This document shows positions 8,730 through 16,679 of a stretch of 26,517 nt of DNA, in pieces (position 1 is the stretch's first letter; each line of letters starts with the position of its first letter). Location of the stretch: the NCBI GenBank assembly GCA_050117845.1, contig JASFLY010000036.1, positions 1 through 26,517 of the forward strand, in the 5' to 3' direction. The stretch comes from Candidatus Zixiibacteriota bacterium. Its GTDB lineage: Bacteria; RBG-13-66-14; B26-G2; WVWN01. The position numbers and the translations under genes are program-made. The notes below the pieces were generated by a model, which was not told the DNA's origin, searched no databases, and was given only the letters and a program-made list of their open reading frames with translations.

Positions 8730-10759
8730 TCCGTAACCTCCCGCATCATCTCGATTATCTCTCTCTCGACCTTCTTGATGTCCGCCTCGATTTCCGGGAG
8801 CGGCCGGGGCGGCGTGTATTTATAAAAATAACGATTGAAGTTTATCTCGTAGCCTACCTTGCCGACCAGGCCGTCCTTGTGGTCGCGGACGGCGTCGTTG
8901 ACCCACGCCTCCGGGACGTGCGGCGCGACCTCCCGGGCGAAATACGAGGCCACGTCCTCTCCCAGCGGGACGTTCTCGTAGTCGCGGAGGTCCGGGTCGG
9001 CCTCGGCGTTGCCGTCCTTATCCCGGCATACGTCGGCGCTCTCGTCTCGCTCGGCCAGCGCCGCGAGGACCGCCTTCTTAACGGGCGCGCGGAGCTTCAC
9101 GCCGGCGGCCTCGGCGGCCGCCGCCACCGCCCCCTCGAACTCGTCGCGGTTCGTATACAACCTGTCGGGCAACGTCCCGAGCATGGCGAGGATGCGCTCC
9201 TGCTCTTTCCGGCCCTCTTCCTCCTCGGCCTTCCTGGCGTCGGCGCGGCGCTTCTTGCTGACGGCCAGGTTTTGGAAGGGCCGCTGTTCGCGCAGGCGCT
9301 CAAGCCGTTCGGCGCTCGCCCGGAAGTTGAGGCGGAGCGGCCTTTCGACGGTCACCTTGCGAAAGCCGAACTCCTCGTTCCCGAAGACCTTCGAGTGTTC
9401 GCCGTCGGCCATGCGGCGGAATATCCCCGTTAGTCCCTCAATCTGCTCGCGGGAGAGTTCGCGGCGCTTGTCGCCCAGGCTCTTACGCATAGGCGCCCAG
9501 TACGTCGTGCCGTCGATGAGTTGGACCTTGCCGCGGCGGCCTTTCTCCTTCCGGTTGGACAGCACCCACACGTAGGTGGCGATGCCGGTGTTGTAGAACA
9601 ACTGCTCCGGCAGCGCGACGATGGCTTCGAGCCAGTCGTTCTCCAGTATCCACCGGCGGATCTCGCTCTCGCCCGAGCCGGCGTCGCCGGTGAAGAGGGG
9701 CGAGCCGTTCATGACGATGGCGATGCGCGAGCCGCCCTCCTTCGGCGGCTTCATCCGCCCGAGCATGTGCTGGAGGAAGAGGAGCTGGCCGTCGGATATG
9801 CGCGGCAGGCCGGCGCCGAAGCGGCCGGCGTAGCCCCGCTCCGCCTCGGCCCGGACGGCGTCCTCGTCGAGGCGCCACTCCTTGCCGAAGGGCGGGTTGG
9901 TCAGCATATAGTCGAAGCGGCGGCCCGCGTGTTTGTCGGCCGAGAGCGTACTCCCGAACGCGATATTATCGGCGTCTCGGCCTTCGGCGCTCTTCATGAA
10001 GAGGTCCGACTTGCACACCGCGAACGTCTCCGGGTTGACCTCCTGGCCGAAGAGGTAAACGTCGGCGTTGGGGTTGATGCCGGCTACGTGCTCCTTCGCT
10101 ATGGTGAGTATGCCGCCGGTGCCGCAGCACGGGTCGTAGACCATCCGAATGACGCGCCCCTTGGCCAGCGCCTTCTCGTCCTGGGAGAGGATGAGGTTGA
10201 CCATCAGGCGGATGACCTCGCGCGGCGTGAAGTGTTCCCCCGGGTTCTCGTCGAGGGCTTCGTTGAACTTGCGGATAAGCTCCTCGAAGACGGAACCCAT
10301 GTCGTGGTTGGAGACGACGTCCGGGTGGAGGTCCACGTTCTTGAAGCGCTCCAGGACCTTGAAGAGCAGGCCGGCGTCGTCGAGCTTGCTTATCGTGTTG
10401 TCGAAGTCGAACTTCTCGATGACCTCCCGCATATTGTCGGAGAAGCCGTTGATGTAGTTGCGGAGGTTAGCGGCGACCGCCCGGGAATCGGCGGTCAGCT
10501 TGTCGAAGTCGTACCGGGAGGTGTTGTAGAACGCGAAGCCGGACGCCCGCTTGAGCTGGGGCGCGAGGTTCTTGAGGTCCTTCTTCCTGAGCTTGGCGTT
10601 GGTGGCGAGGACACGCTCCTTGGTGGGCGCGAGGACGCAGTCGAGGCGGCGGAGGACGGTCAGCGGTAGGATTACGTCCTGATACTTGCCGCGCTTGAAG
10701 ACGTCGCGGATAAGGTCGGCGACGCCCCACAGGAAACTTACGATCTCGTTATGGTTCAT
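8726..10759 (-). CDS. hsdM: Type I restriction-modification N6-adenine methyltransferase (M) subunit
   Basis: GEHFTPREVI, SAM-binding YDPCCGTGG, catalytic TNPPFG, NGSPLF, FYNTGIATY, C-terminal GYEINFNRYFY. Confidence 0.97.
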   Translation of the reverse strand: MNHNEIVSFLWGVADLIRDVFKRGKYQDVILPLTVLRRLDCVLAPTKERVLATNAKLRKKDLKNLAPQLKRASGFAFYNTSRYDFDKLTADSRAVAANLRNYINGFSDNMREVIEKFDFDNTISKLDDAGLLFKVLERFKNVDLHPDVVSNHDMGSVFEELIRKFNEALDENPGEHFTPREVIRLMVNLILSQDEKALAKGRVIRMVYDPCCGTGGILTIAKEHVAGINPNADVYLFGQEVNPETFAVCKSDLFMKSAEGRDADNIAFGSTLSADKHAGRRFDYMLTNPPFGKEWRLDEDAVRAEAERGYAGRFGAGLPRISDGQLLFLQHMLGRMKPPKEGGSRIAIVMNGSPLFTGDAGSGESEIRRWILENDWLEAIVALPEQLFYNTGIATYVWVLSNRKEKGRRGKVQLIDGTTYWAPMRKSLGDKRRELSREQIEGLTGIFRRMADGEHSKVFGNEEFGFRKVTVERPLRLNFRASAERLERLREQRPFQNLAVSKKRRADARKAEEEEGRKEQERILAMLGTLPDRLYTNRDEFEGAVAAAAEAAGVKLRAPVKKAVLAALAERDESADVCRDKDGNAEADPDLRDYENVPLGEDVASYFAREVAPHVPEAWVNDAVRDHKDGLVGKVGYEINFNRYFYKYTPPRPLPEIEADIKKVEREIIEMMREVTE

Positions 10760-10783
10760 ATTTAACCCTTACTCGTTATAACG

Positions 10784-10816
10784 AAACCGCCCCCGGCCTG
10801 CGCCGCTGGGCGGTTT
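10784..10816 (-). terminator. Terminator/attenuator-like hairpin in the hsdM 5' leader
   Basis: Minus strand AAACCGCCC-AG-CGGC-GCAG-GCCG-G-GGGCGGTTT, continuing CGTTAT; ends about 25 nt before the hsdM ATG. Confidence 0.6.
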
Positions 10817-10822
10817 AATAGA

Positions 10823-10873
10823 TTAATCAAAAAACTTATTGTCTGACGCGGTTACTATCCTCCCGCTTTTCAT
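10823..10873 (-). CDS. Putative leaderless leader peptide MKSGRIVTASDNKFFD upstream of hsdM
   Basis: The ATG lies exactly 6 nt after the -10 box TAAATT (the expected TSS position). The stop lies just before the hairpin. The same layout occurs in the addB leader. Confidence 0.45.
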   Translation of the reverse strand: MKSGRIVTASDNKFFD

Positions 10874-10879
10874 ACCCGT

Positions 10880-10908
10880 AATTTATACGCTCGCCCGGGC
10901 CAAGTCAA
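10880..10908 (-). promoter_or_regulatory. Putative sigma70 promoter of the hsdM-nuclease-hsdS-kwaAB-hsdR operon
   Basis: TTGACT-N17-TAAATT on the minus strand. Confidence 0.6.
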
Positions 10909-10930
10909 GCGGAAATACTTCCCGGCGGCC

Positions 10931-11635
10931 CTATAGGAATATCTCCCGTAGCACGTCCCGCTCAGCCGTGACGGCCGGCGGGCCGTCATATACGACCTTA
11001 CCCAGTTTTATGACGACGACGCGGGCCGCCGCGGCGGCCACCTCCCGCGCCTTCTGTTCGACGACGAGGACCGCCGTCCCCGCCTCGCCGAACCGTTTTA
11101 TCCTTTCGAACACGGCCGTCACGTAATCCGGCGAGAGGCCCAACGACGGCTCATCCAGCAGCAATAACCTCGGCTCGAGTAGCCACGCCCGCGCGAGCGC
11201 CAGCATCTGCTTCATGCCGCCGCTCAGCGCGCCGGCGGAGCTACGGTATTTTTCTTTTAACTCGGGGAACGCCGCGAACAACGTTTCCATTTTCTCGTTA
11301 AATGCAACCGACGATACACGCCTTCCCGTAGCCGCTATCTTCAGATTCTCGGCCACCGTCAACTCGTCGAAGACGACGCGGCCTTGCGGCACGTACGCCA
11401 CGCCGCGCGCTAGCATTTCCACCGGCCCTAGGGGCCCGACCTCCTCGCCGTCCAGCCGGACCGACCCCGACCACGGCTTGATGACGCCGGCGACGGCCTT
11501 GAGTAACGTCGACTTGCCGGCGCCGTTGGGGCCGATTACGCCGACGACCTCGCCCGGCGCCACCGCAAGCGTAACGCCGCGGAGGACCTGCTTCTTGCCG
11601 TAGCCGGCATCGATATGTTCAACAGATAATAACAT
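10931..11635 (-). CDS. livF: Branched-chain amino acid-type ABC transporter ATP-binding protein (LivF-like)
   Basis: Walker A GPNGAGKST, YVPQG, signature LSGGMKQ, Walker B LLLLDEPSLGLSP, VVEQ switch. ATG at 11635 is preferred over TTG at 11647. Confidence 0.92.
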   Translation of the reverse strand: MLLSVEHIDAGYGKKQVLRGVTLAVAPGEVVGVIGPNGAGKSTLLKAVAGVIKPWSGSVRLDGEEVGPLGPVEMLARGVAYVPQGRVVFDELTVAENLKIAATGRRVSSVAFNEKMETLFAAFPELKEKYRSSAGALSGGMKQMLALARAWLLEPRLLLLDEPSLGLSPDYVTAVFERIKRFGEAGTAVLVVEQKAREVAAAAARVVVIKLGKVVYDGPPAVTAERDVLREIFL

Positions 11636-11703
11636 ATTCAATAGCAAGCCCCGCGTTACCGGTTACGTAGTAAAAAGTAGTACCGATATCCGATAATTAA
11701 AAA

Positions 11704-12156
11704 TTACGGTTGAGGGACCTCCCATGGGATTATTAGTATGTACGAACCGACGGCAATCCCTAATAATAAAACTAGCGTACCGATACGCGACCATTTCCAT
11801 CTTTCTTTAATTAGTTTATCCCGGAAATCGCGAATATCGGAGAGGGAATTAATGCTTATACCTTCGTAACGAGGTGCGTACCCGAAACTAAATAATACAC
11901 TGCTAAGTATAAAAAGCGCCGGTGGAAATAGAAATAAAACGGCATTAGTTAGCAAAACCGGCTTAGGTATTCCCAGGAATTCTATCAAAGCTATGTATGA
12001 GGGTATGGCTCCTGCCGCGGTGGTTACCATATATTTTAAATAATTAGTAACAGTATCTAGTGATTCGGCGTATAACTTTTTGCCCAAATCCAAGACTACC
12101 TCGTCGCCGTAAGATAGGCGCTCCCCTTCCACGGGGTTTCGCGGTGACTTCTCCAT
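11704..12156 (-). CDS. Hypothetical membrane protein (about 3 TM helices)
   Basis: 150-aa AT-rich ORF with a GGAAGGA RBS and hydrophobic segments MVTTAAGAIPSYIALIEFLG, AVLFLFPPALFILSSVLFSFGY and IGTLVLLLGIAVGSYILII. Confidence 0.8.
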   Translation of the reverse strand: MEKSPRNPVEGERLSYGDEVVLDLGKKLYAESLDTVTNYLKYMVTTAAGAIPSYIALIEFLGIPKPVLLTNAVLFLFPPALFILSSVLFSFGYAPRYEGISINSLSDIRDFRDKLIKERWKWSRIGTLVLLLGIAVGSYILIIPWEVPQP

Positions 12157-12213
12157 GGGCGTCCTTCCGTTGGACTTATTAATAGTGCTTTCCGACCTAT
12201 ACGTATTAAGGGT

Positions 12214-12420
12214 TTAAATCGTTACCTTAAACGTCTTACCGCATTTTTCGTTCTTACACTTTACTACGTAGTCGCGGGGTTCCGTGCGCTCGCGGTCGGT
12301 TAACATTTTTATTACGAGGGTATCGTTTCTTATTTCTTCGGGTCGGTATTCAGATACCGTATCACAATAAGGACATTTAAAATTGAATCCCTCGAATAAT
12401 TCCATAGCGCTCTCCTCCAT
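12214..12420 (-). CDS. Small Cys4 zinc-ribbon-like protein
   Basis: 68 aa with CPYC ... CKNEKCG. It lies 9 nt after the livG stop. The second ATG (MELF) follows a GGAGGAG RBS and may be the true start. Confidence 0.7.
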   Translation of the reverse strand: MEESAMELFEGFNFKCPYCDTVSEYRPEEIRNDTLVIKMLTDRERTEPRDYVVKCKNEKCGKTFKVTI

Positions 12421-12429
12421 GTAAAATTA

Positions 12430-13176
12430 TTATTCTAGATAACTCTCCATTACGCTTGGATTATCCCGGATCTCGGCCGGCGTCCCCTCGGCCACGAGGC
12501 GCCCCTCGTCCATGAAGAGAACGCGGTCGCAAACCTCCGTGACCGCGGCGAAGTTGTGCTCGATGAAGACGACCGTCTTGCCCCGGCCCCGGAGGTCCGT
12601 TATCAACGCCAATATCTTGCCCACCATCCCCGGCGCTACGCCCGCCACCGGCTCGTCGAGCAGCAGCAACTCGCCGCCGGTCGCGAGACAGCACGTCAGC
12701 GACAACAGCTTCTGCTGGCCGTAACTCATCTCGTCCGCCAACTCGCCGGCCTTCTCCGCCAGGCCGACGTACTCGAGCAGCGCCCGCGCCTCCTCCCGGT
12801 TGCGCCGCTCCTCCCTACTCACGCGGGGCCAGCGGCCGAAGGCGCCCAGGCCGGATTCGCCGGCCTGGGAGGGGAACGCGAGCAGGACGTTCTCCAGGGT
12901 CGTCGTGCGGTATATCAGCCGGAGTTCCTGGAAGGTCCTAGCGACGCCGCGCCGGGCGACGCGGTGGGGCGGCGTGCCGGTCAGCGTCTCGCCCTTATAG
13001 GTGACGTCGCCGGCGTCGGGGCGGAGGAAGCCGGTGACGACGTTGAAGAGCGTCGTCTTGCCGGCGCCGTTGGGCCCCACCAGGCCGACGACCTCGCCCG
13101 CGCGCACCTCGGCCGAGAAACCGTCCAGCGCGACGGTCCCGTCGAAGGATTTGGAAAGGTTATGTACCTTTAACAT
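12430..13176 (-). CDS. livG: Branched-chain amino acid-type ABC transporter ATP-binding protein (LivG-like)
   Basis: GPNGAGKTT, ARTFQ, LivG-type signature MSYGQQK, LLLLDEPVAG, IEHN, GTPAEIRDNPSVMESYL. Confidence 0.93.
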   Translation of the reverse strand: MLKVHNLSKSFDGTVALDGFSAEVRAGEVVGLVGPNGAGKTTLFNVVTGFLRPDAGDVTYKGETLTGTPPHRVARRGVARTFQELRLIYRTTTLENVLLAFPSQAGESGLGAFGRWPRVSREERRNREEARALLEYVGLAEKAGELADEMSYGQQKLLSLTCCLATGGELLLLDEPVAGVAPGMVGKILALITDLRGRGKTVVFIEHNFAAVTEVCDRVLFMDEGRLVAEGTPAEIRDNPSVMESYLE

Positions 13177-13180
13177 TGTA

Positions 13181-14056
13181 TCAACGCCGGCGGAAGCCGA
13201 ACTCCCCTATCAGCCCCTGCGGCCGGAATAACATAAATAATATGAGTAGCAGGCCGTAGAAGATCTGGCGCAGGTTGGCCGCGACCGAACTCGGCAGGCC
13301 CAGGAAGCGCAGCGCCTCTGGCATTATCACCAGCACCGCCGCGCCGAGCGCCGCGCCCCGCAGGCTCCCCGCGCCGCCGACGATGACGATGGAGATGATG
13401 AATATCGACTCCATCACGGTGAAGCTCGTGGGGTCGATGTACGTGATGTAGTAGGCATAGAGGCAGCCGCCCACCGCGGCCATCGCCGCGCCCACCGCGA
13501 AGACGCGGACCTTGAACGAGGCCACGTCCTTTCCCAGCGCCGCGGCGAAGACCTCGTCCTCGCGGAGCGCCCGCAGGACCCGGCCGAACGGCGCCCGCGC
13601 CAGCCGCCAGCACACGAATACGACCGCCGCCGCTAGCAACCACGTGAGGACCAGGAAGCCGCCGTGCGACTTCACCGTCAGGCCGAAAAAGTCGGGCCGC
13701 GGGATGCCGGGGAGGCCGAGCGGCCCGCCCGTCAGCGCGACCCAGTTGTTCATCACGCTGAAGACGATGACCTGGAACGCGAAGGTGGCGACGACGAAGT
13801 AGTCGTCGCGGACGCGCAGCGCCGGCCAGGCGACCAGCGCCCCCACCGCCGCCGCGGCCAGCGTCCCGGCCGGGATCGTGAGCCAGGGCGGGACGGCGTA
13901 GTGCAGCGCGAGCAGCGCGGCGACGTACGCCCCGACGCCGTAGAACGCGGCGTGTGCGATGGACAACAGGCCCGCGTACCCGGCGATGAGGTTAAGCGAC
14001 TCGGCCAGGATGACGTATATGCCGATGAGGATTAATATGTGGAGGAGGTAGGCCAC
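13181..14056 (-). CDS. livM: Branched-chain amino acid-type ABC transporter permease (LivM-like)
   Basis: SLNLIAGYAGLLSIAHAAFYGVGAY, TGGPLGLPGIP, PFGRVLRALREDE, IVGGAGSLRGA, FRPQGL. The likely start is GTG at 14056, overlapping the livH TAG; the ORF-track start at 14152 lies inside livH. Confidence 0.92.
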   Translation of the reverse strand: MAYLLHILILIGIYVILAESLNLIAGYAGLLSIAHAAFYGVGAYVAALLALHYAVPPWLTIPAGTLAAAAVGALVAWPALRVRDDYFVVATFAFQVIVFSVMNNWVALTGGPLGLPGIPRPDFFGLTVKSHGGFLVLTWLLAAAVVFVCWRLARAPFGRVLRALREDEVFAAALGKDVASFKVRVFAVGAAMAAVGGCLYAYYITYIDPTSFTVMESIFIISIVIVGGAGSLRGAALGAAVLVIMPEALRFLGLPSSVAANLRQIFYGLLLILFMLFRPQGLIGEFGFRRR

Positions 14057-14934
14057 TACACCTCGGCCTTCCTCACCCTCCGCCCGAGGAAGCCCTGCGG
14101 CCGGAAGAGCAGGAACAACAGCAGGACGACGAACGCGATGGCGTCCTGCCACTTCGAGCTAATGTGCCAGACGCCGAAGTGCTGGGCGAACGCGAGTAAC
14201 AGCGCCCCCAGCGCCGCCCCCGGCACCGACCCCGTCCCGCCCACGATGACGGCCACGACGCCCATCATCAGCGCGTTCATCCCCATCGTCGGTGTCATGT
14301 CGACGTCGAGGGCGACGAGGATGCCGGCCAGGCCGGCGAGCGCGGAGCCCAGCACGAAGGTCGCGAGGATGACCCGACTCGAGCGCACGCCCGAGACCTG
14401 CGCGAGGGCCGGGTCGTTGGCGACGGCACGCATCTCGAGGCCCAGCCGCGTCCGCTTTAGGAGGAGCCACACGGCCGCGGTCAACAGGACGGCGGCGCCG
14501 ATGATGACGAGCTGGATGGGCGTGACGCGGGCGCCGAGTATCGGCAGGCCCTCGCGGACGACGCCGGAGCGGAGCGTCTGCGTCTGGTCGCTAAAAATAA
14601 GCGATATAAAATTCTGGAGGACGACGTACGCGCCGAGGGAGGCGAGGAGGAGGACGAGCGGCGAGGCGCCCCGGGCCCGCAGGGGCCTATACAGGCAGAG
14701 TTCGAACGCGGCCCCCAGGCCGGCGCAGAGGACGACGGCGATTGTGACCCCCATCGCCAGCGGCAAGCCCAGGACCTTGACGAATAGGAACGCGAGGTAG
14801 GCGCCCCAGGCGTAGACGGCGCCGTGGGCGAAATGAAAAAAACGGGTTGTCGCGAAGATCAACCCGAAGCCGACCGCCACCAGGCAATACGCGCCCGCGG
14901 CAATCAGGGCGTTAGCTGTGAGCTGGGGGAGCAA
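14056..14934 (-). CDS. livH: Branched-chain amino acid-type ABC transporter permease (LivH-like)
   Basis: YCLVAVGFGLIF...FHFAHG, TRLGLEMRAVANDPALAQVSGV, IVGGTGSVPGA, FRPQGFLG. Confidence 0.92.
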   Translation of the reverse strand: MLPQLTANALIAAGAYCLVAVGFGLIFATTRFFHFAHGAVYAWGAYLAFLFVKVLGLPLAMGVTIAVVLCAGLGAAFELCLYRPLRARGASPLVLLLASLGAYVVLQNFISLIFSDQTQTLRSGVVREGLPILGARVTPIQLVIIGAAVLLTAAVWLLLKRTRLGLEMRAVANDPALAQVSGVRSSRVILATFVLGSALAGLAGILVALDVDMTPTMGMNALMMGVVAVIVGGTGSVPGAALGALLLAFAQHFGVWHISSKWQDAIAFVVLLLFLLFRPQGFLGRRVRKAEV

Positions 14935-14936
14935 GG

Positions 14937-16679
14937 TTAATGGCTAACAGATTCATAGAAAGGAGAACCCGGCTCGTAAAGGCCGAAAATATAAATATCC
15001 CGTTCTTTAACTGGGTTTTTACCCCGGGCGTTCTCTAGGAATTTGCGGAGTGTCCTAATATATATAATGTGGCGGTGGCATTTCTTTCCGATCTCTAAAT
15101 CGTCTTTACCTAGGTTTTCGATATCAGCCTTAGTATCGTGATAATAGAATAAGGGGAATATTATTTCGGCGCCACCTTTCTCTACTTTAATTAAATCCTC
15201 GTATTGAAGAACAGATAACCCCGGACTATAAAAGAATATCCAATTACTCACTAGGTCCTCGTATAATTCATCGGAGTTACCAAGGAATTTATTTTGGTAA
15301 ATCGACGCAAACCCTGAATCCGTAATCGATAATTCGTTCATTAGATCTTCGTTAGTAATAATAGCGTACGTTTTATAATTATCAGGTATTTTGCCGCTGT
15401 CGGGGAAAAAATCGGATACGATATTGCGTACTTCCTTATCGTACCCAGGATAATCCTCCGAGGCCGATAAAACGGTAACGCAGTTTTCGCCACCGTTAAC
15501 CGGCTCGGTTACCCTCTTACCGGATACGAAAAGATACCGGGTAACTTCTAGGTCTGGGTTCTCCTTCGCTTTTTTAATTAGGTTTGTTAACCATTTCTTA
15601 ATAAATTCATCCTTATGTAATCCTAATTCCAAACCTAAAGGCGTTAACGGCCAACAAGCGATTATTTTGGATGATTTCTCCGTTATCTCGGCCTCGAAGT
15701 CTTTAAAAGCGTAAGTTATCTTATCCTTATACTTAGAGTAGTTATCGACCAACTCAGGGTAATCCTTAGGCTTGCTTAACCACAAATCAACTTCGTTCGC
15801 ACAATGCGCGAAACCGTTTTCGTTGATTTTAGTCGTTAAATGTTGTGATAATTTGCTAGAGACTTGTGCTATATATTTCCTTTTGCGATCGTAAGTTACC
15901 GGGATAGAGTTGTTGTACAAACTACGTAAAAACGCAGAATACACACTACTATCCAAACGGCCGAATTCTTCATCACACAGATATAACCATCTACCGTTAT
16001 ACCTTAAAAAAATATCCACCCCACAAAGGATTATCGGGTCGAATATTTGGGAGATATAAGTAGCTCGTACTTCGCAGTTCGTTGTATTATGAACTGATTC
16101 TAGCGTTTTGTCATATGAATTAAGGTTTATTTGGAATACTGATAACTCGGGATCTTCGGATATTTTACGTTTCTCCGTGACTAAATATTCGAGTAATTTG
16201 ATAGCGTCTACGTCGTTAAAGGAACTCATATAAACTATATCCGGCAGGGTCCCTCCTCCAAGGTCAAGTAACCCTTTAGAGAATTGTTTTTTTTTCTCTT
16301 CCACGACTTGAGTGATACTCTTTTTGATAGCTAATTTTAATTCGTCGAAGTAACTAGGGGTAGCTTCCTGGACGACGGAATAACTGCGGTTATCGATTAT
16401 ACCTTTTAATTTCGAAACGGCTTCTTCTAATGCGGCGGTTTTAAATCTCTCTTCAGCTGCAAGCGCTTTTTCCCTTTCAGATTTACGGTACATAACAATA
16501 GCACTTATCGAAGATAATGCGAATATCGTCCATAACCCAAAATAAATCATTGTTGCGTATTCTCGTAAAAAACTCCACCCCGTTAATAATATACCCACAA
16601 TTAAAAAAACTGCACTTAATATGATTATAGCAACGAAAACAACCCACTCTAAAACTCGGAATTTTTTATCTTCCCTCAT
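14937..16679 (-). CDS. Hypothetical protein with two N-terminal TM helices and a large soluble domain (580 aa)
   Basis: Long AT-rich ORF with TM segments WVVFVAIIILSAVFLIVGILL and MIYFGLWTIFALSSISAIVMY, then a coiled-coil-like stretch. The start overlaps the radical SAM stop (TAATG), and the stop is 2 nt before livH. Confidence 0.85.
   Translation of the reverse strand: MREDKKFRVLEWVVFVAIIILSAVFLIVGILLTGWSFLREYATMIYFGLWTIFALSSISAIVMYRKSEREKALAAEERFKTAALEEAVSKLKGIIDNRSYSVVQEATPSYFDELKLAIKKSITQVVEEKKKQFSKGLLDLGGGTLPDIVYMSSFNDVDAIKLLEYLVTEKRKISEDPELSVFQINLNSYDKTLESVHNTTNCEVRATYISQIFDPIILCGVDIFLRYNGRWLYLCDEEFGRLDSSVYSAFLRSLYNNSIPVTYDRKRKYIAQVSSKLSQHLTTKINENGFAHCANEVDLWLSKPKDYPELVDNYSKYKDKITYAFKDFEAEITEKSSKIIACWPLTPLGLELGLHKDEFIKKWLTNLIKKAKENPDLEVTRYLFVSGKRVTEPVNGGENCVTVLSASEDYPGYDKEVRNIVSDFFPDSGKIPDNYKTYAIITNEDLMNELSITDSGFASIYQNKFLGNSDELYEDLVSNWIFFYSPGLSVLQYEDLIKVEKGGAEIIFPLFYYHDTKADIENLGKDDLEIGKKCHRHIIYIRTLRKFLENARGKNPVKERDIYIFGLYEPGSPFYESVSH

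Noticed and set aside
8879..10730. 382-aa and other overlapping ORFs across hsdM
   Set aside because: Antisense or frame artefacts of GC3-rich codon usage.
14057..14152. N-terminal extension of livM given by the ORF track
   Set aside because: It overlaps the livH coding region. GTG at 14056 gives a normal TAGTG coupling and a typical LivM start.
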